Shown here in pieces: positions 62,757-64,000 of a DNA stretch of 64,000 nucleotides. The notes under the pieces are model-generated. The model made no database searches. It was not told the DNA's origin and saw only the letters and a program-made list of their open reading frames with translations. Origin of the DNA: Spizellomyces punctatus DAOM BR117 (Eukaryota); assembly GCA_000182565.2 (NCBI GenBank), contig KQ257459.1; one strand, given 5' to 3'. The translations under genes were made by a program, and so were the position numbers. How positions within the stretch are numbered: the stretch's first letter is position 1; each line of letters begins with the position of its first letter.

Positions 62757-64000
62757 CCTGCTGAATACTAAGGAAATGGAATTATGGGCAGTTCAAGCTC
62801 AAGGAGGAAGGAAAGTCTAAAAAATCAGCAGGACGGGCAAGGAAGAAAACGAAACCAACTAGTGTTTTTGTAAAAGACTGCCGATGGTGCGCAGTCATGT
62901 TCGATATTTGTCATCATCTGTTGCGCCGTGTTCCAAAACGTCCAAAATTGGGGACAGATAAGAGAAGACAAAAAAGACAAACACACAAGAAAATGACAAA
63001 CTTACAACTGGGCATCCCAAAAGTGCGATTGATCAATAGGTGTGTTCTACATGCAGAATGCATATCTGTGTATGCATATCCATATCTGTGTGTGTGCTGC
63101 AAAGTGTTATGCATGCAAGTACCGTTGAAAGGTGAAAGTGTTCCAAAAGTGTGAAACACGTGACAAGTGTGAAATTCCTTCCCCTCCTTCTTCTTCTTGA
63201 AGAGTCCGCTTGGAGACCAGTTGGAAATCCCCTTCATTCACTGCTGCTCATGTCAATAAAAAGCATTCCAAATGACATACAAAAAACAAAATGGAAAGCA
63301 GCTCTTTCATTTCACACACTCGCAATACCAGTATCAGCTGTCATTGCACATTGGAAATTCCACATGGATGAACCTATATGAATAGCAATCATCAACGGCC
63401 ATCAGATGATCAACTTGTCTGAATGGGGCATCCCACATTCTTACGCATTTTTTGCTCCTTGTTGCTTATCTATGCAAATGCAAAAACTGTGCATAGCTTT
63501 TACGGATCTGCCCTTCCATCACACGACGTTGGTGGATTGCATCATCACATTCCAATCATACTCTATTGCATTCCATCCAGACATCAACAATGCGCATCAT
63601 TCAACCCTCTTGAACTTTCTCTCATCATCACCAAACACATTTCATCTTGCTTCTTTTCCATTTAGTTTTACGTGATTATTGCACGCAGGCACATTTCGTA
63701 TCGTTCACGACGATATTCTCTCGTAAGGTATGGTTTCATTGAAATTGGTAAAAATAGTCCTCGGAACGGCTCAAGAAGTGACTGTGTGTCTTTTCCTCCA
63801 ATAGGATTTTAAAGACTCAGTGAGTGTGTGAGTCGTTGACAGGAAATACGCACGCACACATTGCCATCTCCCTCTCTCCCCCATCTCGCTTACGGGAAAT
63901 AACAACTTCTTATTTTGATAAAAGACGGACACAGACGCTCAACACAGTTCAACAGCTAGAACACTTCCCACAGACGATAGTAAGCGTAAAAAGATATTCG

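Overview
Eukaryotic, intron-rich fungal DNA. Short GT-AG introns with CTAAC/CTGAC branch points and the gene content suggest an early-diverging, chytrid-like fungus (inference). Both flanks hold ordinary genes. Left (1-26.4 kb): Cu-transporting P1B ATPase, PHAF1/UPF0183, PAP2 phosphatase, F-box/LRR protein, MATH-coiled-coil-TM protein ending HDEL, a multi-TM protein, a TLDc protein and a short-form RNase Z. Right (49-63 kb): a low-complexity membrane protein, a class I/II aminotransferase, a Pep12/STX7-like syntaxin and an ABCC transporter. Between them (about 26.5-48.6 kb) is a gene-poor accessory island around one intact tRNA-Trp(CCA) gene. On one side of the tRNA is a near-perfect tandem array of its own 5' fragment; on the other side are about a dozen degenerate copies of its 3' half. 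The island also holds an array of ~100-bp hairpin repeats interrupted in register by a 1.5-kb two-ORF insert, telomere-like repeats, a small secreted 8-Cys peptide gene, a DUF3140 gene and decayed genes. One decayed but still spliceable gene fuses a caspase/CHAT-like domain to a ComEC-like metallo-beta-lactamase domain. All calls are by eye; no searches were run.
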